Positions 40,897 through 52,021 are shown, counted from the first letter of the stretch. The stretch is DNA of 64,000 bases from an uncultured delta proteobacterium (GCA_963752595.1 CAVVYZ010000009.1:32001-96000); one strand, 5' to 3'. The notes: generated by a model not told the origin, from the letters alone. Numbers and translations: made by a program.

Positions 40897-41652
40897 ATGA
40901 ACGGAGAAGAATTACCGGACAATTCGCTTGATGCAGTACGCTGCCTGGCTTTCTCAGATGGCCGCTCCGGTGAGGAGAACGAAGAGGTATGCACCGAGGA
41001 GGTCGTGGTGATCTGCCTGAACGACCGGCCGATTATCACCCAGGTGGCTACTCCTATCCAGCTCAAGGAGCTGGGGGCAGGGTTCGTGGTCAGCCAGGGC
41101 CTCGTGCGGACGGTCGAAGGCGTCGAGGTAGAGGGACTGACGATCAAGGTCCGGGCTCCGCAGAGCGTAGAGACTGTCAACTCCGTTATGGAATCCTGCG
41201 GAGGAGCCATGAGCGATACGTTCCTATCGAGGGTGGAAAGCTCGCTCGTAATCGAAAAGGAGTTCATCTTCACGGTGATAGACCATATCGTATCCGGTCT
41301 GTGGGAGAGGACCGGCGGCGCCCATTGCTCTGTCCTGTTTTCCGAAGGCAGGCTTGTCGCGAAGAGCAGCGACATCGGCAGGCACAATACCGTCGATAAG
41401 GTAATCGGATACGCGGTGCTCAATGGGGTGGACCTCTCCCGGTGCGTTCTCGGGTGCACCGGCAGGCAGCCCCTGGGGATGATAACCAAGGCGGCCAATG
41501 CCGGCATCCCCATTGTGATCAGCAAGGCGGCAACCACAACAAAGGGGATCGGCCAGGCCGCGAAGGCAGGGATCACCCTCGTTGGCCGCGTCAAAAAGGG
41601 CAGCTTCCGCTTGTACTCCCATCCACAGCGCATTGCAGGGCTGGCCGAATAG
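40897..41652 (+). CDS. fdhD: Formate dehydrogenase accessory sulfurtransferase
   Basis: ELGAGF, SCG, TGGAH, DIGRHNTVDKVIG, YSHPQRI. Confidence 0.9.
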   Translation: MNGEELPDNSLDAVRCLAFSDGRSGEENEEVCTEEVVVICLNDRPIITQVATPIQLKELGAGFVVSQGLVRTVEGVEVEGLTIKVRAPQSVETVNSVMESCGGAMSDTFLSRVESSLVIEKEFIFTVIDHIVSGLWERTGGAHCSVLFSEGRLVAKSSDIGRHNTVDKVIGYAVLNGVDLSRCVLGCTGRQPLGMITKAANAGIPIVISKAATTTKGIGQAAKAGITLVGRVKKGSFRLYSHPQRIAGLAE

Positions 41653-41673
41653 ACGATAAAGGAAAAGCAACAG

Positions 41674-42090
41674 ATGAAAGAGAAGGGCGTCGGCATAGAA
41701 TTCCTGAAGAGCTACTTCGCAAAGGACGCCTTTGCAGAGCTCTGCGGCATAGAGCTCATCGAGGCATCGGACGGGCATGCCGTTGCCGTTGTCCGGATCG
41801 AGGACAAGCATTTGAACGGGATAGGGCTTGTTCACGGGGGCCTCCTGTGCACGTTGGCCGACCTGGCCTTTGCCGCCGCAGCTCATACCAGGGGCAAGGT
41901 GGCGGTCTCCATCAGCAATACCATCTCCTATATAAAGCCTGCACAAGGAATCTTGCTACGGGCAGAGGCTGTGGAGGTATCCAGAAACCCGCGTCTCGGA
42001 ACCTATGCGGTCAATGTCCTGGATGAAAGCCGGGAGGTCATAGCCGCCTTCCAGGGTCTGGCGTATATAAAGAATCAAAACCTCTTGTGA
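41674..42090 (+). CDS. PaaI-family hotdog thioesterase
   Basis: HLNGIGLVHGGLLCTLADLAF. Confidence 0.9.
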   Translation: MKEKGVGIEFLKSYFAKDAFAELCGIELIEASDGHAVAVVRIEDKHLNGIGLVHGGLLCTLADLAFAAAAHTRGKVAVSISNTISYIKPAQGILLRAEAVEVSRNPRLGTYAVNVLDESREVIAAFQGLAYIKNQNLL

Positions 42091-42122
42091 CTTTTTGAAT
42101 CGAATTTTCCTAAGTAAAGAAA

Positions 42123-44535
42123 ATGACGACACGATTCCGTTTATCCGGCAGAGTCTTCATTCTTGCCGTATGCCTGCTCTTCGTAACCTTCTGCAAGGCC
42201 TCCGCACTGGAGCACCTGGAATGCGGCGGTATCTCCATCTACTACTCGGACGGCGAGGAAGAGATCGGCCTCCGGCTTCAGCAGAAGACGCCCGAGATCC
42301 TCTCCTACCTGGAAGAACGGGGGATTGTGCTCTCGTTTCCCCTCCATGTGATCGGGCCTGCCATCGGTTGCCCATCGCTTTTTCGGCGAGGCGGTCTCCC
42401 CGAATATTCTCCTGCCGCCCTGGATAACCGAGGGTGTATGCAGGATCCTCTGGGCCGGATATTCCGGATCGCCGATCGATGACCCGTTCAGCCGGGCACT
42501 GTTTTGCACCTCTATGCCTAAGGATATCTCGGATGTGAGCAATCACCCCGGCAAGTGGCCCGGATACTACAGCTACCGGATATACGGCATCCCTTTTGTC
42601 TCGTGGCTGGATTCCCGCTACGGCTGGGGGAAAATCATGGAATTCTTCACTCTCCATGGAAGAGGCATCCTTCCCATCGAGATCGACACCAAGGCAAAGA
42701 AGGCCTTCGGAAAGACATGGCCCGGCCTCTGGGCTGATTGCATCCAAGGGATGCCTTCCTCCTGGGACAGCAGCCCGGGCAAGGTTGATGAAAATCCCTG
42801 CCGCAAGCAGAAGGAAACCCCACAACAGGCTGCGGAGAATTTTCTGATTGAAGGCTACTGGCCCGATCCTTTTATCTACTGGAATTCATATGGGATATAT
42901 CCCGGCAGGATGAGCTTTCAGGGGCACGGCAGGTATGGGTTCGTGGACCCGGATGGTATCTTGTGGCTTTCCGAATACTTCGGTGAAGAGTCATTACATG
43001 TCACGGGCCATTGGAAAGGAATTGCGATCAACCCAAGCAAAAGCCACGTCTGGGACCCCGCTCCGGGCGGTATTGCCGTGAGCCGCGAGGGGTCAAGGCC
43101 CTGCCTGGTTTTTCTTTGTGCGGAAGAGAAACCCCCTCTTACCAGGATAACAGCCGGTCGCATTATCCCTGCTCCGCCAGAAGCTCTCCAGCTGTCGGGC
43201 CCGGTCGTGGACAGTAAAGGCCGGATAGCAGTATCTGCAAACGTGGGCGGGAACTGGGATATCTGGATGTATGACACCGGGTGGAAGAGGATCACCGCTT
43301 CTCCCAGCATTGAGATGGACCCCTGGTGGATCGGCAGGAGTCTTGTTTTTGCATCCAATATTTCAGGCATATTCCAGATACATAACGCTGACATGTCGCA
43401 AGTGACCAAATCCGAGCTAGGGGCCATGCTGCCCAGGAACGGCACATACCTTAGCCTGAAGAATTCCGGGTGGGCCGTAGAACGCTTTCAGGAGCAGTTG
43501 CCTTATGTGAGTCTTCCCGAGGTCGGAGCAACCGGCAGCGAGGTACTGCACACTCGATCGGATGCGCAGCCGTATTCTCCCTGGCCGAGCATCCTGCCTG
43601 ATTTCATGGCCCCCGACCTCTACTTGGGCCCCTCCGATCTCCAGGCAGGCCTTGTCACCTGGGGCAGGGATGTGAGTGATGATTACTCCATGAGGGCCGG
43701 GTTCCGGTATTCCTTTGCTCTTGATTATCTCTCATTCCAGGCAAGTACCTGCATCAAGGGTATCGGTCCGGCTTATACCCGGTACCCCCTTTCCTATGAT
43801 CCTGAAAACTCACCGGAGACGGAAGAATCGAGAAATGAGGCATCCATCTCTTACAGCCCATCCTGGCTCGGCGGCCTCACCCTAGCTCTCAACAGGCTTT
43901 CTTACGAGCCCCTTGAATCCGGAGGGCCTACCGACAGTGAGTCGTGGGGCGGCATCACCTTCAGCAAGCAGTTCTCCTCCATCAGCCCGAGCCTTACTGC
44001 CGAGGTCTTTTCCGGAGGTCGCACGTCCCTATTCAGCGCTTTCCGCTTCGTCTACGGGTCCGGCGTTATTTTCACCTCCGATATCCAGGCAGGCAAGACC
44101 TGGGGAGACACCGTGCCGGGGCATGGGACATTCCGGGTGGGCGGGGATACCGGTGAAGGATACTTCACCCGGCGGGCCTCACGGCTCTTCCCTTTACGTG
44201 GATTCGCACCGAATATCCTTGAAGCGGATCAGGCTTTCACCACAAGCCTTGAAATGTATTATCCGCTCGCAGATCTCCAGATGGGTCACAAGACATTGCC
44301 GCTTTTCTTCCACACGCTCTCTCTCGGGACTTTTATCGATGCAGGAGTCTGCTCTGAAAAGATAACCGGGGATCAATTCATGGCGGGAGCCGGGTTCGAG
44401 CTCATCACCTCGATGGAAATCGCCTGGGGCACCTTTTCGGCATTCAAGATGGGCATTGCCTGGCCTGTGGCACAGCCGGATTACCTTGATGAAAGAGGCC
44501 CTGTCCTCGTGCTCCAGATCGGAAGGCCTCTGTAA
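42123..44535 (+). pseudogene. Large envelope protein (peptidase-like N-terminus, TolB/PD40-like propeller, C-terminal beta-barrel), disrupted at ~42353
   Basis: Signal peptide ORF 42123 shifts frame after PLHVI into GLPSVAHRFFG...PPWITEG; GNWDIW/EMDPWW propeller motifs; FPLRGF and FIDAG barrel motifs. Confidence 0.55.
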
Positions 44536-44550
44536 TAGAGGATTACGGAT

Positions 44551-44586
44551 AAAAAAAAGCCGGCAGTCCCGACTGCCGGCTTTTTT
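44551..44586. terminator. Bidirectional intrinsic terminator
   Basis: aaaaaaaa-gccggcagtc-cc-gactgccggc-tttttt between convergent genes. Confidence 0.9.
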
Positions 44587-44603
44587 ATGCAAAACTAAAT
44601 TGA

Positions 44604-45278
44604 TTAATCTTTTTTCCTGCGGAAACCGGCAAGCCCGAGACCGGCATATGTAAAGGTCTGTGCCCCTACCACGGGAGAGAAATATGGGGTGATGGCTGCC
44701 GAATAATTCAGAGTCCCTGAAGCGAGACCGCTGTTCACGTCATAGCGGACCGGATGGTCGTCCCTGATATCCCATGTACCTGCATATGGAGCAGTCCAGA
44801 CACCCTGGTAGTTCGGCCCGTTCAAAGAATAATTGTCCCGGGCGCCGGAGAGAACATATCCCTGCTTGGTACCGGCATAATTTGAACCTATGGAGTTGGA
44901 ACCGAGGACAAATGTCCCAGGGGCAAAGGAATAAATAGTCCTTGAGCTGGTATCCACAACATAATCCCAAAAACCATCGGCCTTCAGATCGATACATAGG
45001 TCACCCGGGGTAATGGGGCCGTAATCAGCCGAATTAATATAATTGAAGGTAACGCTGTTCAGTACGCCCTCATTAACATTGACCGATCCTCCCAGGAGGT
45101 TCGGGGTACCTATAGTATCTCTTGAATTATCTGTTGTCCCCTGCGCCCAGGTACACACCCCACCGCCCCAGCCGGTCCAGTTTCCGGTGGTATCTCCGAA
45201 CCGGATTTCCAGGGAATGGGCATTGAATGCAAATAAAGCTAGAAAAACGACTGCTTGGGTAAATGTTCTCATCTTCAT
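44604..45278 (-). CDS. PEP-CTERM-type surface protein lacking the PEP motif and most of the TM helix
   Basis: Signal peptide, Thr/Asn/Gly-rich body, ends GLGLAGFRRKKD; divergent from prsK/prsR. Confidence 0.7.
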   Translation of the reverse strand: MKMRTFTQAVVFLALFAFNAHSLEIRFGDTTGNWTGWGGGVCTWAQGTTDNSRDTIGTPNLLGGSVNVNEGVLNSVTFNYINSADYGPITPGDLCIDLKADGFWDYVVDTSSRTIYSFAPGTFVLGSNSIGSNYAGTKQGYVLSGARDNYSLNGPNYQGVWTAPYAGTWDIRDDHPVRYDVNSGLASGTLNYSAAITPYFSPVVGAQTFTYAGLGLAGFRRKKD

Positions 45279-45311
45279 GTTGCGCTACTATGTAAAAGTA
45301 TTATCAATATA

Positions 45312-45550
45312 AGCAACAGATATACTATCTTACTTTCCATTTTGATTTCAATTAGTTATGAGTATCAATGACCGGAAACGTCGGTATTATTAACAAAATC
45401 GATCCAATATCTCTGGGGAGTGGATATTATTGTGGGTTTTCTCCCTTACGGGAATATTTTGTAAATGTAATTATCTTTATGATTTTCCTTTCTTTTTCCG
45501 ATACAACATGTGATTCATGCGAATCGGAGGCCCTGTAAAGTATCTCGACA
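45312..45550 (-). promoter_or_regulatory. Degenerate sigma54 promoter with candidate enhancer sites for the PEP-CTERM gene
   Basis: Minus strand TAGTAT-N5-TTGCT (45327-45312; -24 GG reads AG); IHF-like tttcaattagtta ~45346-45358; CGT-N11-ACA (45379-45395) and TGT-N11-ACA (45534-45550). Confidence 0.4.
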
Positions 45551-45596
45551 GCACGCCTCATAAATGATATAAAAATTAAAATAAAACGGCTTCTTT

Positions 45597-47672
45597 ATGG
45601 AATTATTGATATTCTCGGTGCCTGCACTGATAAGCCTTTTGGGGGGCGTGATCATTCTTGCCAGGAGTGGGGCAAGGTATGGGCGCACTATTGCGATCGG
45701 CCTCCTGTTCCTTTCTTTTACTGAAACCGCCTATGCCCTCTTTTCTCTCACAGACAGTCTGGCATTTCTGCGGATTGCATCGTTCTTCGAGGCTTCCAGC
45801 ACCGCTGCATTCCTCCTTTCAGTGACACTCATGGAAAAAGGGCTTTCCAAAAACAGAGCCCTCATAAAATGGGAGCAGTATCTGCTTTCCATTTTCTGCA
45901 TCCTGTATGGGGCTCTGGTTCTTTATCTGCCTGAACATGCGCTTTCATGGGGAATCGAGGGCGCTATCCACCTTGGGTGGATCACGAAGGTACAGTCAGT
46001 GTTTATCCTCATCAATGCGGTAATCTTCATATGGATCATGGAAAACATCCTGCGCTCCAGTACGGATGAGCAGAGACGCATCCTCAAGTATCCTGCTTTG
46101 GGCATCATTGCATTGGGGATAGCTTTTATGCTCATGGCTGTTCGCCGTCTCAGCACAATGATAGCAAGTGAAGAGATGCTCATCCTCTATTCCCTGATTT
46201 TTCTGGTGGGCATGGTCTTTGTCATCTTCTTTTCCATCCGATTCAAGCTCTTTGAGATGGATATCTTCGTGTCACGGTACATTGTCTATCACTCGCATCA
46301 CATTCCTCAGCATCGGCTCATACCTCTTGCATGGGCCTCATTATCCTCTGGATACAAAGCCTCGGCATGAGGCTTTCTTTCGTAGTGACGGGTTCTTGGT
46401 ATTCATTGCGCTTATTCTCTATCCATCCTTGTTCTTTCACCCGAGAGATGCAAAGGCGCGGCTGAAGTTCTTCATCAACACCCATTTCTTCTCCAACAAA
46501 TATGATTATCGCAAGGAATGGGGCGAGCTGAGCGGCTACCTCTCTATCGCATTCAATGAGAACCAGATCATCCATCTCACGTCTCAGGTGATCCTGGACA
46601 GCATGTACATCAACGAGCTCTCCATATGGCTGCATGGATGGCGCCTGTTTCAGCGAGCTGTTATGCATTTCCCGCATAACTCCGGCGATAAACAGATGAT
46701 CTCATGAAGAACCACTTCAGAATATTAGCTGAAGAACAATCCTTATTTCCTGCAGCAAAACTCCCAGGGCTCCCGGAGACCACCTTTGGGAAACGGTTAC
46801 AAACGGTCAGAGCCATTTTTAGATAAAAACAAGATCGAGCTCGCCGTATCCATGATGGCGGAGAATAAATGATAGGTTTTATTGCAGTGGGAAAGGAAAA
46901 TCCTGGAACACCGTATGGCCGCGACGACATCGACCTTCTCACGGCAATTGCCTCTCAGTCCAGTGCAGCCCTGATGAGCGCCCGCTATGCCCAGGAGCTG
47001 GCAGCGAACAAGGAGCTCGATGCCTATACCCGCATGTCCTCGTACGTACTCCATGACCTGAAAAATGCTGCAGGAAACCTCTCCCTGATACTTCAGAATG
47101 CGCCGAACCATATGGACAATAAGGATTTCCGCGAAGACATGCTGGATACCATTTCGCAGACTTTGAAGCGCATCGACAAGGTCATGTTCAGACTCGGCGC
47201 TATCCGCACAGAAAGCGAGCTTCCAAGAGGGTATCCACTGGAAGCATTCATTGACGGATTGCTTGCCAAGCTTTCATCCCGCCTTCAGGGTGTCTCTGTA
47301 GAAAAGTCGATCGAGACGGGGCTGGAAATAAAGACAGACATGGAAATGTTGGAGCGGGTATTGGAAAACATCATCATCAATGCCACGGAGTCGGTTTCCC
47401 ATAACGGGAAGATTCATATTCGTGCAGGCAGGAACGGACAGAAATCCTATATATCCATCATGGATGACGGAACAGGAATGACTGAGGAATTCTTGCGGGA
47501 AAAAATGTTCAAACCCTTCCAGACAACCAAGAAGAACGGTACGGGCCTTGGTCTCTGGCAGGTAAAAAACATCGTGGATCAGCTGGGCGGAACGATCAAT
47601 GTCGAGAGCAACATCGGCCAAGGCTCCCTTTTCACTATTCTTTTTCCTGATGAGTCATATTTTTTCCGATAA
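45597..47672 (+). CDS. prsK: PEP-CTERM system histidine kinase (multiple frameshifts at 46.3-46.9 kb)
   Basis: Multi-TM N-terminus, IFVSRYIVY, FINTHFFSNKYDYRKEW, GAF region, SSYVLHDLKN, FKPFQTTK, GTGLGLWQ. Confidence 0.85.
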
Positions 47673-47725
47673 AGACGGGTGTCTCGGACGATAAACAAGA
47701 TTGCAAAACCATTGAGGAACTTAAG

Positions 47726-49080
47726 ATGAGCAAGAAGCGATATACTGATCGTGGAAGATGAATCGAGCATGGCAAAACAGCTGAAATGGGGACTTGCCGA
47801 TGCCTATGACATATCCTTGCAGCAACCGCCCCCGATGCGCTTGGACTTATCCCGAAAATCCCCCCTTGTCGTCCTGCTGGACCTGGGCCTCCCCCCGACC
47901 CGGACAGGGCAACGGAAGGGACTCAATCTCCTCAAAGAGATCGTTCATATGCCTGAAAATATTAAAGTGATCGTCATTACCGGAAACACGCGAGAAGGAT
48001 GTCGCTGCCAAGGCAGTGTGGCTCGGGCGCATATGATTATCATCAGAAGCCCGTAAATATTGAAGAGCTCAAGATCGTCCTGAAACGGGCCTGCTACCTG
48101 TCCGACCTCGAACAGCACATTACCGAACTCAGGGAGGTTATATCGGAAAAAACCCAGTTCGAGGGAATGGTCGCCATTTCCCGCTCGATGATGGACCTCT
48201 TTGAAAGGGCCAAGAGTGTTGCACGCACCGATTATCCGATCCTTATCCAGGGCCAGAGCGGAACAGGAAAGGAGCGACTTGCGCAGGCTATCCACGCCCT
48301 AAGCGACCGGGCGGAAAAGCCCTTTATCATCGTCGATTGCGGGGCAATCCCTGAAAACCTGCTGGAGAGCGAGCTCTTCGGACATGAAAAAGGCTCGTTC
48401 ACAGGCGCACACGCCCGGCAGATCGGCAAGCTGGAAAGGGCGCAACAGGGAACCGTCGTCCTGGATGAGATCGGAGAGCTGCCCGCTCCTTCTCCAGGTA
48501 AAACTCCTGAGATTCCTCCAGGAGGGGACCATCGAACGGATCGGCGGCAAGGAGCCTATCAGCGTGGATGCTCGGGTCATCGCGATCACCAATGTCGACT
48601 CTCGCGGGCGGTCAAAGAGAATCTTTTCCGGGAAGATCTTTACTACCGGCTCAACGTTGTCCCGCTGATGGTACCGACACTGAAAGAACGTCCGGAAGAT
48701 ATTCCGGTCCTGGCGAAGTATTTCCTCGAGACCTATTCGCAGGAGATCGGTCCGAAATTCAAAGGCTTCAGCCCAGAGGCCATGGATGCGATGACAAGCT
48801 ATGACTGGCCGGGAAATGTCCGCGAGATGCAGAACAGGATACGCCGCGGCGTGGTCATGGCGGAAGGGGATTTTATCGAGCCGAGCGATATCGACCTGCA
48901 GGCATCCGGCCAGGAGATCAAGACTCTCAAACAGTTACGGGATGAAGCGGAGATAAAAGCGATCAGCAGGCCCTTGCCCGGAACAATTACAACATCACGC
49001 GTGCTGCGCACGAGCTGGATATCAGCAGGCCGACCCTGCACGATCTCCTGAAAAAACACGACATCCAGATTCAGAAATGA
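47726..49080 (+). CDS. prsR: PEP-CTERM-box sigma54-dependent response regulator (multiple frameshifts)
   Basis: [57 protein letters not shown] across frames. Confidence 0.85.
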
Positions 49081-49111
49081 CGTTCCGCCGGGGATAAAGC
49101 CTGTCGCCGCT

Positions 49112-49351
49112 TTATGGCCGGTCAGACATAAGGGTGAGCAGATCCTCCTTCAGCGACTTGATCTGCCGGTGCTTCTCCAGATATATCTGCTCAAACCGGT
49201 CAAACCTCCTAGTGAGCTCTATAATCTCATTCTCCAGAGTCTTGATCCTCTCGGACAACGACGCGAGCCCTGACTTGGCATCGACGTCGGATGAGATATC
49301 CTCCATAAGATCGAGGAGGTCGCTCACCTTTTTCGAGGTATCAGGATCCAT
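49112..49351 (-). CDS. Small coiled-coil protein (79 aa), last gene of the pom-like operon
   Basis: Start overlaps the upstream gene's end; SD GAGGT; heptad pattern LSERIKTLENEIIELTRRFDRFE. Confidence 0.6.
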   Translation of the reverse strand: MDPDTSKKVSDLLDLMEDISSDVDAKSGLASLSERIKTLENEIIELTRRFDRFEQIYLEKHRQIKSLKEDLLTLMSDRP

Positions 49352-50291
49352 ACACCTCTCGTTTGGCTTTCAGTCGGATATGGGCAAGAGAGGAATATAC
49401 CCGGTCGAGGGCATTCTTGAGCTCCATCGATTTCCTGCTCGAGGGGCTCACGCTTCTGATATTCCTCATCCAGCTTTGACTCCAGCTCAAAAACCCTGCT
49501 GTTGCTGATGGAGAGATCCCGCTCGAGGATGGATACCTTGACATCCATCTTCGCCTTTTCATGGATTTCTTTATTGAGCTTGCTGAACCGGCATTCCACG
49601 TCTGTGCGCCGGGCAGTTTCCTGCTCTATGGTAATTGTCTTTTCTTCGAGAAGGCCGACCATGTTCTGGATGTAGAGGTCGGCGTCTTCGAGCTGCTCAT
49701 TCAGAAAATCGATCTCCCTCTCGATCAAGGTGTTGTCGAGGGTGCCCTTTTCGATCTCGGCCTGATGCTTGCTTTGAGCCGTGCGTTTTCCCGCGCAACC
49801 TCTTCGACGGCGGATGAGCTCTTCTCCAGCTGCTGCTGGATCGCCTTTTTTTCAAAGATCATCTGGGTGAAATCAGAGTTGATATCCTTGATGGTCTCCA
49901 CAGCCTTTACGATGCTCTCGTTCTTCTGAAGAACAGCGCTCTGCAAAACAGGCTCGGCTTTGACCTCTCTCCGGAGTTCAATCCTGGCCGCAGGTGTGAT
50001 CTTCTGCTTATTATCAGGCCGGTCTCGATAGTGATCTCCTGCTTCTCTTCAGCAAGGGCTTCAGCCACGATTTTCGGTTTTTCTTTCCCTTTGGATTCCA
50101 CAACGATTTCCCGGGCCTCTTCGGCAGCAGGAGCTGCCGCCTCTCTCCCGGTGTTTAAGGTCTCCCGGGTTCGGCTTTTCCTCTTCCTGGGCCTTCAGCA
50201 GGACGGGATCAACATTCCATGGCCTGTTAGGCCTTTTCTTCTGTATTTTGGGCATCTTTTCAGCAACACTTCTATCGAAACCGTCTTTCAT
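49341..50291 (-). CDS. PomX-like protein: basic N-terminal peptide, disordered linker, C-terminal coiled coil (several frameshifts)
   Basis: Fragments 50061-50297, 49907-50101, 49725-49946, 49324-49728 and 49341-49562 tile one gene; N-terminus MKDGFDRSVAEKMPKIQKKR. Confidence 0.6.
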
Positions 50292-50387
50292 ACACATTTT
50301 CTCCTCAGGTCATTATAGCCGCATCTTTAACGGTCATTTCCATTATGGTCATTACGTGGTGGAATGATAAATAAATCATAAATCTCC

Positions 50388-51346
50388 TTAAAAGGCAATC
50401 GGCAGGTTGGGATAAATTTCTTTGATGAACGAATTGATGTCCACGGCACCGCGGTTGTTCGGCGCATACTGGTGGATGGGCATTCCCATGCTCGCCGCCT
50501 CGGCAATCTTTGTATCCTGCCTGATGATGGTCTTCATGAGATATCCACTGTAGTGCTTCTCCAGAGCATCCTTTGACCTCAGGCAGATATTGTGGGATGC
50601 ATTGAAATGGTTCAGGAAGATATAGATGTTATCCAGCAGAAAGTCGAAGTCCTCTTCTATGGTGGTGAGGGTCTCGAAGAGGATCTTGAGCCCATGGTAG
50701 GAGAGAAAGTCCGCCAGGACAGGGACGAAGAGTTCATTGCTCGCCAGGATGCCGTTCAGGTTCAGGAGCCCTATGGAGGGAGAAGCATCCATGATGATGA
50801 TGTCATAATCGTCCTGGATGAGCGCCAGACCTTTCTTCAGCCGCAGCTCGCGGGCATTCATGGAGGTCAGGGACAGCTCGACGGGAGAGAGATCAAGGTT
50901 CGCGGGGATGAGCTTGAGGTTCTTCATCTTGGTATTGAGATCACATCATGGATATCCATCCGCTCGATGAGGACATTGTAGAGCGTGGCATCAAACGAGC
51001 TGTGGTCGATCCCGAGGCACTGGGTGAGATGTCCCTGGGGGTCGAGGTCGATCATGAGTACATTCATGCCGAGCTGGGCGAGCCGGAAGGCGTAAAATGC
51101 CGAAACACTCGTCTTCCCTGTTCCCCCTTTGAAATTCAGGAAGATCTGCCTGCGCTTGGTGGAAACAAGCGGCGGCTTCCCGAGGGCATGCAGGTACGCA
51201 GGATTTCATGGGGTGCATACACCCGTATTCCGTCAGCCATCTGGGGTTGCGGCAGCGTTCCTTCTGTCTCCATCTTGAGCAGCGCAGCCTTTGAGATCCC
51301 GAGCAGAGAGGCAAATTCTTTGGCTGTATACAGCTGGCTGCTCCAT
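50388..51346 (-). CDS. pomZ: ParA/MinD-family ATPase with N-terminal HTH-like extension, PomZ-like (frameshifted)
   Basis: YTAKEFASLLGISK; RRQIFLNFKGGTGKTS; IDLDPQGH; FVPVLADFLSYHGLKILFET; TIIRQDTKIAEA. Confidence 0.75.
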
Positions 51347-51347
51347 C

Positions 51348-52021
51348 TTATATCCTTTCTCTCATGAGTTCCCACCAGCCTTGCCACTTTGCAATGATCC
51401 ATTCGAATTCGTCATCCGAAGCGCCGCATCGGCTCGCCGAAATCCTCTCCGGTGAGCCTCTTCAATGTCCTGATTGCCTGCATCCTGACATCGAACGTGC
51501 TGTCCTCCAGCGCCTTGATCACATGCTGGATCTTCTTCCTTACTACCCCATATCCCCACCAGCCGCAGACGCATCCTTTCTCACCATGGGATCAGGATCC
51601 TCAAGGGCGAGTACGGACTACGGCCTCCAGAGCTGATTTGTCATTGATCCAGAAGAGATAGCTGATGACCCTCCTGCGGACATACGGATCGCTGTCGCCA
51701 AGCCATCGTGATGCCGTCTTCAATGGTAAATGCCCCTCCTGAACAGATAGCGGATGGCCGAGCCGCCTCACCTTGGGGTCGGGAGCTTTCGGATGCGGCA
51801 CGGAAAACGGATGAGAAATCGTTTTCGTCATCGAACAGGATGTCATAGAGACCGTAGCCGTCGGCCTTGTCGGCATCTTTCAGAATGGATGCAATGAGCT
51901 CACCGGAACAGGAAGCGTCCTTGAGGAGCGCCTTGGCTGCCAATTTCTTGATTTCAGGGTCGCTGTCTTTCAGATCAACTGAGATCTGGTCCAAACCTAC
52001 CCGTTTCAAGAACCCCTCCAT
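51348..52021 (-). CDS. HEAT-repeat protein (PomY position), frameshifted
   Basis: LKDSDPEIKKLAAKAL, DPKVRR, LGDSDPYVRRRVI, ALEDSTFDVRMQAIRTL; stop TAA 1 nt before the ParA ATG. Confidence 0.7.

Noticed and set aside
40897-41652. FdhD as another archaeal-derived gene
   Set aside because: Only an impression from its compact form; cannot be supported without a phylogeny.
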